Shown here in pieces: positions 56,148-64,000 of a stretch of DNA of 64,000 nt. Each line of letters opens with the position of its first letter. Position 1 is the first letter of the stretch. Below the pieces are notes generated by a model. It was given only the letters and a program-made list of their open reading frames with translations, ran no database searches and was not told the origin of the DNA. The position numbers and the translations under genes were made by a program. The stretch is from a virus, in IMG/VR virus record IMGVR_UViG_3300008448_000004, positions 116,935 to 180,934 of that record; one strand, 5' to 3'.

Positions 56148-56777
56148 TTAATTTAAGTCTTTTACGTAATCTGTGCCATTGTAGTATTGCCAATAGACCT
56201 TGTAGAATCCCTTAGCTAATAGGTTCTGATACACTGCTTCTGTAAAGGTGTTGTCATACAGATGTGGAGCCGGTACGTTACTATCGATATTCATGTTTTG
56301 CGTTCCGAGGTAGATCCCAGCTCCGTTGGTTGCAATTATCGATCCTGTATTCAGTACTAGCTTTGCGGTTGTGTAAAACTGTGAGTGATCAGCATCTAGA
56401 TTATCAAAATATATTCCATCATACTTAGTTGTTAGAGTACTAAAAGCTTCTTGCCAACTTGAATTAATGATAGTAACGTTACTTTTTCCTGCAGCCCAAT
56501 TTTGAGCATACTGATAGATCGTATTATTAATTTCTACGCAAGTGTATGAAGCAATATTGGAATTTATAAACTTAGTTGCGCTGATACCTAGCCCGAATCC
56601 TACTTCTAATATATGCCCTCCATTCTGGCTTACAATTTCTGCGGATTTTTCTTCTAGGTTTTTAAATCCTTCGTGCATTAAGGGTGTAAATCTTGTATTA
56701 TCAGGTGTAGTATAGTATATACTACCTGATTCGATATTCACTTCGTTATGTTTTCTATAATGTAGTAATTCAAGCAT
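56148..56777 (-). CDS. GAMT/Rmt2-like SAM-dependent methyltransferase
   Basis: LMHE...GGHILEVGFGLGISA...CVEIN...W...SWQE...YDGIYFD follows the GAMT/Rmt2 motif order. Confidence 0.7.
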   Translation of the reverse strand: MLELLHYRKHNEVNIESGSIYYTTPDNTRFTPLMHEGFKNLEEKSAEIVSQNGGHILEVGFGLGISATKFINSNIASYTCVEINNTIYQYAQNWAAGKSNVTIINSSWQEAFSTLTTKYDGIYFDNLDADHSQFYTTAKLVLNTGSIIATNGAGIYLGTQNMNIDSNVPAPHLYDNTFTEAVYQNLLAKGFYKVYWQYYNGTDYVKDLN

Positions 56778-56789
56778 AGTTCAAATAAA

Positions 56790-59700
56790 TTATGGACAGT
56801 ACTGGAATGTGCCGAACATTGGATTCACATAAGTATTAATGTTAATAAATGTATTACCTGTTACAGCGGCACTTGTAAATAGTGTTGTACTAGGACAGTA
56901 TGTAGCGGTATTAAGCGGACAAGTACCTGCAGTGCCTTGGTCTGCATTGTAGTATATATCAGTCGCTAGGTTAACGTCCTCTACTCTAACAGAAACTGAT
57001 TGTCCTGAGGTTATTTGTATAGTGTTCATGAAGGTACAGACATCAGTAACTCCGTGTGTAAACCAGAAGTTCCAACTAGCTCCTGCATTGTTGGACCAGT
57101 ACACGTCTACACTGTTAGGTGCACTATTAGATCCAAATCTATGATATACATCTACATCAAATTCCGGCGGTATTGAAGTGGGGGTTTGGGTGGGGGTTTG
57201 GGTGGGGGTTTTGGTGGGGGTAACCGTATTTGGAGGCGTAGCGGTTCGGGTAGGTGTAGGTGTTGGAGTCTTACTTGGACAGGCTCCTTGAGATAATACG
57301 TAGCCTGGTATTCCGTCCCAACCTACGAGGTAACAGTTGGTTCCGTTTGATACATATTCATTTTTAGTACCTGTACAGTTTGAATTAACGTACAAGGTAC
57401 ATCCATCGGATAAGCTAGGACAGTTAGAGTAGTAGGTTTGAGCATTTTCTGGGATTAGAGAGCAGGCTGTAGTACAATCTCCTCCAAAATAAAGGGTACC
57501 GAGATTATAACACGGTAAGGTTGGTGTCGGTGTACGGGTAGGGGTTTGGGTTGCGGTAGCTGTAGGGGTCGGGGTAAGAGAAGGACAGGTAGAACAAGTT
57601 GTTATACCGATTACTTGACCTGATGCGTTAATCTGGATAGAATACACTCCAGACCCGCCCCAAGTTGTTAAGAACCATTGGCTTGCTCCATTAAAAGGTG
57701 TCGTTAGTGGTGAGTTTGAGTATACAACATCGTTTATATTAGGAGTAGTATCTCCTGGAGCTACATAACCAGTTGTGCTATAGGTGGTTAACCTACAGGC
57801 TGTACAAGCGTCTAGTTGCGGTGTTGATAAACTTATAGGCTGCGAAGGTGAAGTCGGTGTAGGAGTTCTAGTATTGGTAGGCGTATTAGTAGGGGTTTGA
57901 GTAGGAGTTATGGTATTAGTAGGTGTTTGTGTTGGTGTTTGTGTTCTAGTTTGTGTAGGAGTTATGGTATTGGTAGGAGTGTTGGTTGGAGTTTGTGTTC
58001 TAGTCTGTGTAGGAGTTATGGTATTAGTAGGTGTGTTAGTTGGAGTTTGTGTTCTAGTTTGTGTAGGAGTTATGGTATTTGTAGGTGTTTGTGTTGGAGT
58101 CTGCGTAGGGGTATTAGTTGGTGTGATTGTATTAGTGGGGGTTTGGGTTGGTGTTTGGGTTCTAGTTTGAGTGGGTGTTATGGTATTTGTAGGTGTGTTA
58201 GTTGGAGTTTGTGTTCTAGTTTGTGTAGGAGTAATAGTGTTGGTGGGAGTTTGAGTTGGAGTTTGAGTCCGAGTTTGAGTAGGAGTTATAGTATTTGTGG
58301 GAGTATTGGTAGGAGTTTGTGTAGGGGTATTAGTAGGTGTGATTGTATTAGTTGGAGTGTTAGTTGGAGTTTGAGTTCGAGTTTGAGTAGGAGTTATAGT
58401 ATTTGTGGGAGTATTGGTAGGGGTATTGGTAGGGGTTTGAGTAGGAGTTATAGTATTTGTGGGAGTGTTAGTTGGAGTTTGAGTTCGAGTTTGAGTAGGA
58501 GTTATGGTATTGGTAGGAGTGTTGGTTGGAGTTTGTGTTCTAGTTTGAGTAGGAGTTATAGTATTTGTGGGAGTGTTAGTAGGTGTTTGAGTAGGGGTTT
58601 GTGTTGATGTTTGTGTTGGAGTAATGGTATTAGTGGGAGTATTGGTAGGTGTTTGAGTTCGAGTTTGTGTAGGAGTTATGGTATTAGTAGGTGTGTTAGT
58701 TGGAGTTTGAGTAGGGGTATTAGTCGGTGTTATAGTGTTAGTAGGAGTATTAGTAGGAGTTTGTGTTCTAGTCTGTGTAGGAGTTATGGTATTAGTAGGT
58801 GTATTAGTCGGTGTATTGGTTGGTGTTTGAGTTGGAGTTGTTGTGTTTGTAGGTGTATTGGTCGGTGTATTGGTAGGTGTTTGAGTCCGGGTTTGAGTGG
58901 GGGTATTAGTAGAGGTTTGAGTAGGTGTTATGGTATTGGTAGGAGTGTTGGTTGGAGTCTGTGTTCTAGTTTGAGTAGGAGTTATGGTATTAGTAGGTGT
59001 GTTAGTTGGAGTTTGTGTTGGAGTTTGAGTAGGGGTTGATGTATTGGTAGGAGTGTTAGTAGCTGTATTAGTTGGTGTATTGGTTGGAGTCTGTGTTCTA
59101 GTTTGGGTAGGAGTTGTGGTATTAGTAGGGGTGTTTGTTGGTGTATTAGTAGGAGTGTTTGTGGAGGTATTGGTAGGAGTTTGTGTTGCAGTAGGAGTTT
59201 GAGTAGCGCCAGTTGTTTGGGTAGGGGTTTGAGTACTGGTTTGGGTAGGGGTATTAGTTGGAGTTATTGTCCGGGTCGGAGTATTTGTTGCTGTGTTAGT
59301 TGGAGTTTGAGTCGGAGTATTAGTAGGTGTACTGGTAGGTGTTGTAGTTCTAGTAGGAGTTTGTGTTGGTGTGTTTGTTGGTGTATTAGTAGGTGTTGTA
59401 GTTCTAGTAGGAGTTTGTGTTGGTGTGTTTGTTGGTGTATTAGTAGGTGTAGTAGTAGGTGTGTTAGTCGGAGTTGTTGTCCGGGTCGGAGTATTTGTTG
59501 CTGTATTGGTTGGAGTTTGAGTCGGAGTATTGGTAGGTGTCCTAGTTTGAGTAGGAGTATTAGTAGGTGTTTGAGTGGAAGTTTGAGTAGGAGTATTAGT
59601 AGGTGTGGTAGTTCTAGTAGGAGTTTGTGTTGGTGTGTTTGTTGGTGTATTCGTAGCTGTCTGTGTAGGTGTTGTAGTATTCGTAGGAGTATTGGTTGGA

Positions 59701-59993
59701 GTTTGAGTTCGAGTTTGGGTAGGGGTGTTAGTTGGTGTAGTAGTTCTAGTAGGAGTTTGTGTTGGCGTATTGGTAGGTGTGGTTGTAGGAGTGTTAGTAG
59801 GTGTTTGAGTGGAAGTTTGAGTAGGAGTATTAGTAGGAGTTATTGTTCTAGTAGGGGTTTGTGTTGGTGTCTGAGTAGGGGTTTGGGTAGGAGTTTGAGT
59901 GCTCGTGGTAGTAGTAGTAGGCGTAGGTGTAGGTGTTGCACACGGTCCTCCGGGGCATCCTAGTTGAAATCTGTATTTTGCCGTTATTGCCAT
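56790..59993 (-). CDS. Mucin-like Thr/Pro-rich protein with Cys-rich C-terminal modules
   Basis: ~690 aa of T-x alternation ([16 protein letters not shown]), then two Cys-rich modules and an Ig-like domain ending GTFQYCP. Confidence 0.85.
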   Translation of the reverse strand: MAITAKYRFQLGCPGGPCATPTPTPTTTTTSTQTPTQTPTQTPTQTPTRTITPTNTPTQTSTQTPTNTPTTTPTNTPTQTPTRTTTPTNTPTQTRTQTPTNTPTNTTTPTQTATNTPTNTPTQTPTRTTTPTNTPTQTSTQTPTNTPTQTRTPTNTPTQTPTNTATNTPTRTTTPTNTPTTTPTNTPTNTPTQTPTRTTTPTNTPTNTPTQTPTRTTTPTSTPTNTPTQTPTNTATNTPTRTITPTNTPTQTSTQTPTQTTGATQTPTATQTPTNTSTNTPTNTPTNTPTNTTTPTQTRTQTPTNTPTNTATNTPTNTSTPTQTPTQTPTNTPTNTITPTQTRTQTPTNTPTNTITPTQTSTNTPTQTRTQTPTNTPTNTPTNTTTPTQTPTNTPTNTPTNTITPTQTRTQTPTNTPTNTITPTNTPTQTPTNTPTNTITPTQTRTQTPTNTPTNTITPTQTSTQTPTQTPTNTPTNTITPTQTRTQTPTNTPTNTITPTQTRTQTPTNTPTNTITPTQTPTNTPTNTPTNTITPTQTRTQTPTNTPTNTITPTNTPTQTPTNTPTNTITPTQTRTQTPTQTPTNTITPTQTRTQTPTNTPTNTITPTQTRTQTPTQTPTNTITPTNTPTQTPTQTPTNTITPTQTRTQTPTNTPTNTITPTQTRTQTPTNTPTNTITPTQTRTQTPTQTPTNTITPTQTPTNTPTNTRTPTPTSPSQPISLSTPQLDACTACRLTTYSTTGYVAPGDTTPNINDVVYSNSPLTTPFNGASQWFLTTWGGSGVYSIQINASGQVIGITTCSTCPSLTPTPTATATQTPTRTPTPTLPCYNLGTLYFGGDCTTACSLIPENAQTYYSNCPSLSDGCTLYVNSNCTGTKNEYVSNGTNCYLVGWDGIPGYVLSQGACPSKTPTPTPTRTATPPNTVTPTKTPTQTPTQTPTSIPPEFDVDVYHRFGSNSAPNSVDVYWSNNAGASWNFWFTHGVTDVCTFMNTIQITSGQSVSVRVEDVNLATDIYYNADQGTAGTCPLNTATYCPSTTLFTSAAVTGNTFININTYVNPMFGTFQYCP
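57860..59940 (-). repeat. In-frame coding tandem repeat (12-nt / 4-aa unit, 54-nt higher-order unit)
   Basis: Degenerate ACN-CCN-ACN-(AAY/CAR) units; exact 41-nt copy at 58273 and 58381, 108 nt apart. Confidence 0.9.
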
Positions 59994-60004
59994 ACTTTAC
60001 TTAA

Positions 60005-60012
60005 TATAAATA
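60005..60012 (-). promoter_or_regulatory. Late-type motif TATTTATA before the mucin-like gene
   Basis: 11 nt upstream of ATG 59993. Confidence 0.55.
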
Positions 60013-60028
60013 GTTTTTCTCATACTTC

Positions 60029-63000
60029 TTACCCTGGTATTAAAGCAAATCCTGTTATTACATAATCATCGTTACCTCCACCACCGCCTGTTACCGTACT
60101 GGTATTACCTGAGATAGTAGCCGGTAAGCGTTGATCTCCGGATTGATGTTCTAGGGAACTATCGTTACCTTGAGTTGTTGCGAAGAATGCATCTTGTGCA
60201 AGAACGTTAGGTGAGGTGTTAGTGCCACCAGCAAAGTCACTCCAGGTATTATCATCTGCCGATGTACATAGTAGAACTACCATTCTGTTATTTCCTGATG
60301 TAGTTACAGAAGGCATTGTAGCTGTACCGGAGGTTCCAGAAGCAGTATTTAGACCTTCGTAGGGAGTGCCGGTTGTTACTACTCCTCTATACCTTACCAT
60401 TCTACCTATTTTAGTTACTGCAGCATCGGCTCCAAAAGCTACGGCTAAGTTACCGGTTTCTGCTCCGTTAGATCTTCTATAAAAATTATAATGTCTTATA
60501 GTAGTTCCTCCTGCTATAGGTCCGTTAATTAGAGTAAAACCAGTAGGTGTTGTTACAGTTGTTGTTTGGTTTCTCACAGAAACAGTTAGAACAAAAAGAT
60601 CGTTTGAAGCTAGACCAGTTACAGGGTAAGGTACTGATAAGTTACCTGTAACTGCTACACCAGTTCCTGTACCGGCTTGTTGAAAGGTAGGGAAAGCAGC
60701 AGCTGTAGGTGTAGGAGTTTGAGTCCTAGTTTGAGTTGGAGTTTGAGTCCTAGTTTGAGTAGGGGTTTGGGTAGGTGTTGTAGTCCGAGTAGGAGTATTA
60801 GTTGCAGTTTGAGTTGGTGTTTGAGTCCGAGTTTGAGTTGGGGTGTTAGTAGGAGTATTGGTTGGAGTCTGTGTAGGAGTGCTGGTAGGGGTTTGAGTAG
60901 AAGTGGGAGTAGGAGTTTGAGAATCAGAAGGTGGGGTATTAGTTGGAGTTAATGTAGCAGTTGGTGTTAAAGTCGAAGTATTAGTAGGAGTTTGAGTGCT
61001 TGTTTGAGTAGGTGTATTTGTAGGTGTAGTAGTTGCTGTAGAAGTAGGAGTTATAGTGTTTGTGGGAGTGTTAGTAGGAGTTTGAGTTCTAGTTTGAGTA
61101 GGTGTGTTTGTAGGTGTATTAGTAGGTGTTTGAGTCCGAGTCTGAGTAGGGGTTGTAGTATTTGTTGGAGTGTTAGTTGGTGTATTGGTAGAGGTTTGAG
61201 TAGGGGTATTAGTGGGGGTTATTGTATTTGTAGGAGTATTGGTAGGTGTTTGAGTTCGAGTTTGTGTAGGAGTTATGGTATTGGTAGGAGTGTTGGTTGG
61301 AGTTTGAGTAGGTGTGTTTGTAGGTGTGTTTGTAGGTGTGTTAGTTGTTGTAGATGTCTGCGTTGGAGTTTGTGTTGGAGTGTTGGTTGCTGTATTGGTA
61401 GGTGTTACTGTACTTGTAGGTGTTTGAGTGGCTGTATTAGTAGGTGTATTAGTTGGAGTTTGAGTCCGAGTTTGAGTAGGTGTGCTTGTGTTTGTAGGAG
61501 TCTGAGTAGCTGTGTTTGTTGGTGTTACAGTATTAGTTGGAGTGTTAGTTGGTGTATTAGTGGGAGTTTGTGTAGGTGTGGTAGTAGGTGTTGTTGTTCT
61601 AGTAGAAGTTTGAGTAGGGGTTTGTGTTGATGTTTGTGTCGGTGTACTGGTTGGTGTTACGGTATTAGTTGGAGTATTGGTAGGTGTTTGAGTTCGAGTC
61701 TGGGTAGGAGTTATTGTATTTGTAGGAGTTTGGGTTGGAGTTGCTGTTTGTGTCGCAGTTACGGTTGGAGTTGGGGTTGGTGTAGTATCACATGCACAAA
61801 TTGCGGAAGATGTTACATGCTGTACGAATAATTGCTGCCCTACTCCTGAGTTATAAACGTAATTAAATTCAGCGTGTATTACGTCGTTTGGATATGCATT
61901 AACAGGTACGTTGACTGTACTGACAATACTACCTCCGTACCATATTACCACGCAATTGCAGGTATCATTACTACCGTCTATAATGGTTACATCAATACAG
62001 ACTGTTCCATTAGTTGTACCTACGTTTACGTAATATTCGTTAGGTGATAATCCGCTAGATGTTAGTACGTTATTGGTTGTATCTACCGGGCAATCAAAGA
62101 CATTTTGCTGTGTTTGAGTTGGTGTAGGAGTCTGCGTTGATGTCTGTGTAGGGGTTATTGTAATAGTTACGGTAGGGGTGTTAGTAGGAGTTTGAGTTGG
62201 GGTATTAGTCGGAGTATTAGTTGCTGTTCTTGTAGGTGTGATCGTATTAGTTGGAGTCTGCGTTGCGGTTTGAGTAGGAGTTTGAGTTGGTGTTTGAGTT
62301 GGAGTGGTAGTTCTAGTTGGAGTTTGTGTTGCTGTTTGAGTAGGGGTATTTGTGGGAGTGTTAGTTGGTGTATTTGTAGGGGTTGTAGTGTTGGTTGGAG
62401 TTTGTGTTGATGTTTGTGTCGGAGTATTTGTAGGTGTTTGAGTAGGAGTAGTAGTTCTAGTTGGAGTCTGGGTAGGGGTGTTAGTAGAAGTCTGGGTAGG
62501 GGTTATGGTATTAGTAGGTGTTTGAGTTGGAGTTTGAGTCCGAGTTTGAGTAGGGGTTTGGGTAGGTGTTGTTGTTTGAGTAGGAGTATTTGTTGCAGTG
62601 TTGGTTGGCGTATTAGTGGAAGTCTGAGTAGGGGTTTGAGTAGGAGTGGTGGTTCTAGTTGGAGTTTGTGTTGCTGTTTGAGTAGGGGTATTAGTAGGTG
62701 TTTGGGTTCTAGTTTGAGTGGGGGTTATGGTATTGGTAGGAGTATTAGTCGGAGTCTGTGTTGATGTTTGTGTCGGAGTATTTGTAGGAGTCTGCGTTGG
62801 TGTAGTAGTTTTGGTTGGAGTCTGTGTAGGAGTATTAGTCGGAGTCTGTGTAGTTGTATTTGTTGGTGTTACAGTATTGGTAGGAGTATTCGTTGAGGTT
62901 TGAGTGGGAGTCTGTGTGGGAGTGATCGTATTAGTTGGAGTATTTGTAGGGGTTTGAGTCCGAGTTTGAGTAGGTGTGTTAGTCGGCGTATTGGTTGGTG

Positions 63001-64000
63001 TTTGTGTAAGAGTATTTGTTGGAGTTACCGTATTAGTAGGAGTGTTAGTAGCAGTTTGAGTAGGGGTTTGTGTTGGAGTGTTTGTTGGTGTTGTTGTACG
63101 GGTTGGTGTTTGTGTTGGGGTCTGCGTTGCAGTACTTGTAGGAGTGTTTGTAGGTGTTATTGTATTTGTAGGTGTGTTTGTTGGAGTATTAGTTGGTGTA
63201 TTAGTTGCGGTGTTAGTTGGGGTTTGCGTAGGAGTGGTAGTTCTAGTTGGAGTTTGAGTAGCAGTGTTCGTCGGTGTCTGAGTAGGAGTATTTGTGGGGG
63301 TTTGAGTAGAAGTTATAGTATTGGTAGGAGTCTGTGTTGCTGTCTGTGTGGGCGTGTTTGTTGGTGTTGCTGTATTAGTAGGAGTCTGAGTTGATGTCTG
63401 AGTAGGGGTTTGTGTTGGAGTGATAGTGTTAGTTGGAGTATTGGTAGGAGTTTGAGTCCTAGTTTGAGTAGGAGTGTTGGTAGGGGTTATTGTATTAGTA
63501 GGAGTATTAGTTGCAGTTTGAGTAGGGGTTTGAGTAGGAGTTGTAGTTCTAGTTGGAGTTTGTGTTGGAGTATTAGTTGGGGTCTGTGTTGCAGTATTTG
63601 TAGGAGTTATTGTATTAGTTGGAGTATTGGTAGGAGTTTGAGTCCTAGTTTGTGTTGGTGTATTAGTTGCAGTTTGAGTAGGGGTTTGTGTATTTGTAGG
63701 TGTGTTAGTTGCAGTATTAGTTGGGGTTTGAGTAGCGGTCTGGGTAGGGGTGTTTGTATTTGTGGGTGTGTTTGTTGGAGTTTGACTAGGAGTATTGGTA
63801 GGTGTTGTTGTATTTGTAGGTGTGTTTGTTGGTGTCTGAGTAGCTGTATTTGTTGGTGTCTGTGTAGGTGTTCTAGTTTGAGTAGCTGTTTGAGTAGGGG
63901 TGTTAGTAGGTGTATTAGTAGGTGTTTGAGTTGGTGTTGTAGTACGAGTAGGGGTTTGAGTAGGTGTGTTTGTTGGAGTTTGACTGGGGGTGTTAGTAGG
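60029..64000 (-). CDS. Giant mucin-like protein, 5'-partial (at least 1323 aa; the track's 640-aa ORF is truncated)
   Basis: Frame continues upstream of the GTG at 61951 through a Cys-containing beta domain into TPT repeats; open at every point checked up to 64000. C-terminal beta-sandwich ASNDLFVL...TPTGFTL...FYRRS...YRGV. Confidence 0.8.
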   Translation of the reverse strand, partial: PTNTPSQTPTNTPTQTPTRTTTPTQTPTNTPTNTPTQTATQTRTPTQTPTNTATQTPTNTPTNTTTPTNTPSQTPTNTPTNTNTPTQTATQTPTNTATNTPTNTQTPTQTATNTPTQTRTQTPTNTPTNTITPTNTATQTPTNTPTQTPTRTTTPTQTPTQTATNTPTNTITPTNTPTQTRTQTPTNTPTNTITPTQTPTQTSTQTPTNTATPTNTPTQTATQTPTNTITSTQTPTNTPTQTPTNTATQTPTRTTTPTQTPTNTATNTPTNTPTNTPTNTITPTNTPTSTATQTPTQTPTRTTTPTNTPTQTPTQTATNTPTNTVTPTNTLTQTPTNTPTNTPTQTRTQTPTNTPTNTITPTQTPTQTSTNTPTNTVTPTNTTTQTPTNTPTQTPTKTTTPTQTPTNTPTQTSTQTPTNTPTNTITPTQTRTQTPTNTPTQTATQTPTRTTTPTQTPTQTSTNTPTNTATNTPTQTTTPTQTPTQTRTQTPTQTPTNTITPTQTSTNTPTQTPTRTTTPTQTPTNTPTQTSTQTPTNTTTPTNTPTNTPTNTPTQTATQTPTRTTTPTQTPTQTPTQTATQTPTNTITPTRTATNTPTNTPTQTPTNTPTVTITITPTQTSTQTPTPTQTQQNVFDCPVDTTNNVLTSSGLSPNEYYVNVGTTNGTVCIDVTIIDGSNDTCNCVVIWYGGSIVSTVNVPVNAYPNDVIHAEFNYVYNSGVGQQLFVQHVTSSAICACDTTPTPTPTVTATQTATPTQTPTNTITPTQTRTQTPTNTPTNTVTPTSTPTQTSTQTPTQTSTRTTTPTTTPTQTPTNTPTNTPTNTVTPTNTATQTPTNTSTPTQTRTQTPTNTPTNTATQTPTSTVTPTNTATNTPTQTPTQTSTTTNTPTNTPTNTPTQTPTNTPTNTITPTQTRTQTPTNTPTNTITPTNTPTQTSTNTPTNTPTNTTTPTQTRTQTPTNTPTNTPTQTRTQTPTNTPTNTITPTSTATTTPTNTPTQTSTQTPTNTSTLTPTATLTPTNTPPSDSQTPTPTSTQTPTSTPTQTPTNTPTNTPTQTRTQTPTQTATNTPTRTTTPTQTPTQTRTQTPTQTRTQTPTPTAAAFPTFQQAGTGTGVAVTGNLSVPYPVTGLASNDLFVLTVSVRNQTTTVTTPTGFTLINGPIAGGTTIRHYNFYRRSNGAETGNLAVAFGADAAVTKIGRMVRYRGVVTTGTPYEGLNTASGTSGTATMPSVTTSGNNRMVVLLCTSADDNTWSDFAGGTNTSPNVLAQDAFFATTQGNDSSLEHQSGDQRLPATISGNTSTVTGGGGGNDDYVITGFALIPG
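60700..64000 (-). repeat. In-frame coding tandem repeat blocks (60700-61780 and 62110-64000)
   Basis: Same T-x-T-x units, interrupted by one non-repetitive domain at about 61790-62105. Confidence 0.9.

Noticed and set aside
57897-63394. Long plus-strand ORFs (SRS/CVG-rich) over the repeats
   Set aside because: Antisense shadows of the Thr/Pro codons; the G/T-rich plus strand lacks stops. No independent start context.
57860-64000. Repeats as a CRISPR array or non-coding satellite
   Set aside because: No constant repeat with unique spacers; variation falls at third codon positions and keeps one frame.
56790-64000. TxT arrays as ice-binding or ice-nucleating beta-solenoids
   Set aside because: Pro at about every fourth residue is incompatible with a beta-solenoid; the adjacent GT cluster favours a mucin-like reading. 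Not fully excluded.
1-64000. tRNA, rRNA, integrase or IS elements
   Set aside because: None recognised by eye. Intergenic gaps are mostly under 80 nt; tRNAscan-SE would confirm.

Overview
A 64 kb segment of a large T4-like, contractile-tailed dsDNA phage. The host is probably Bacteroidota (inferred from SD-less A-rich translation starts and one TTG-N20-TAnnTTT promoter). Every credible gene is on the minus strand, in the standard genetic code. In transcription order (high to low coordinates) the window holds: (i) giant Thr/Pro-alternating mucin-like proteins (60029..>64000, 56790..59993, 55250..56134) with a GAMT/Rmt2-like methyltransferase between them; (ii) a tightly coupled 12-gene glycosylation cluster (43744..54459) with a Gnt1/GT60-like initiating HexNAc transferase, a PLOD-type GT, GT10 and NodZ-like fucosyltransferases, HtrL/YibB-like GTs, an RfbE-like epimerase and four methyltransferases; (iii) primase and a PD-(D/E)XK exonuclease; (iv) enzymes and unknowns sharing an N-terminal MIKLxxILxE leader that resembles a capsid-targeting/prohead-protease signal; (v) terminase, portal, internal head proteins, protease, scaffold, major capsid, PhoH, neck, sheath, tube, a tail chaperone with a probable +1/-2 frameshift, tape measure and baseplate genes, ending in a hub protein fused to an amidase that runs off the window. 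The most interesting candidate system is a phage-encoded mucin-type O-glycosylation pathway acting on the phage's own mucin-like virion proteins. All family assignments come from motif recognition by eye; no database searches were run.
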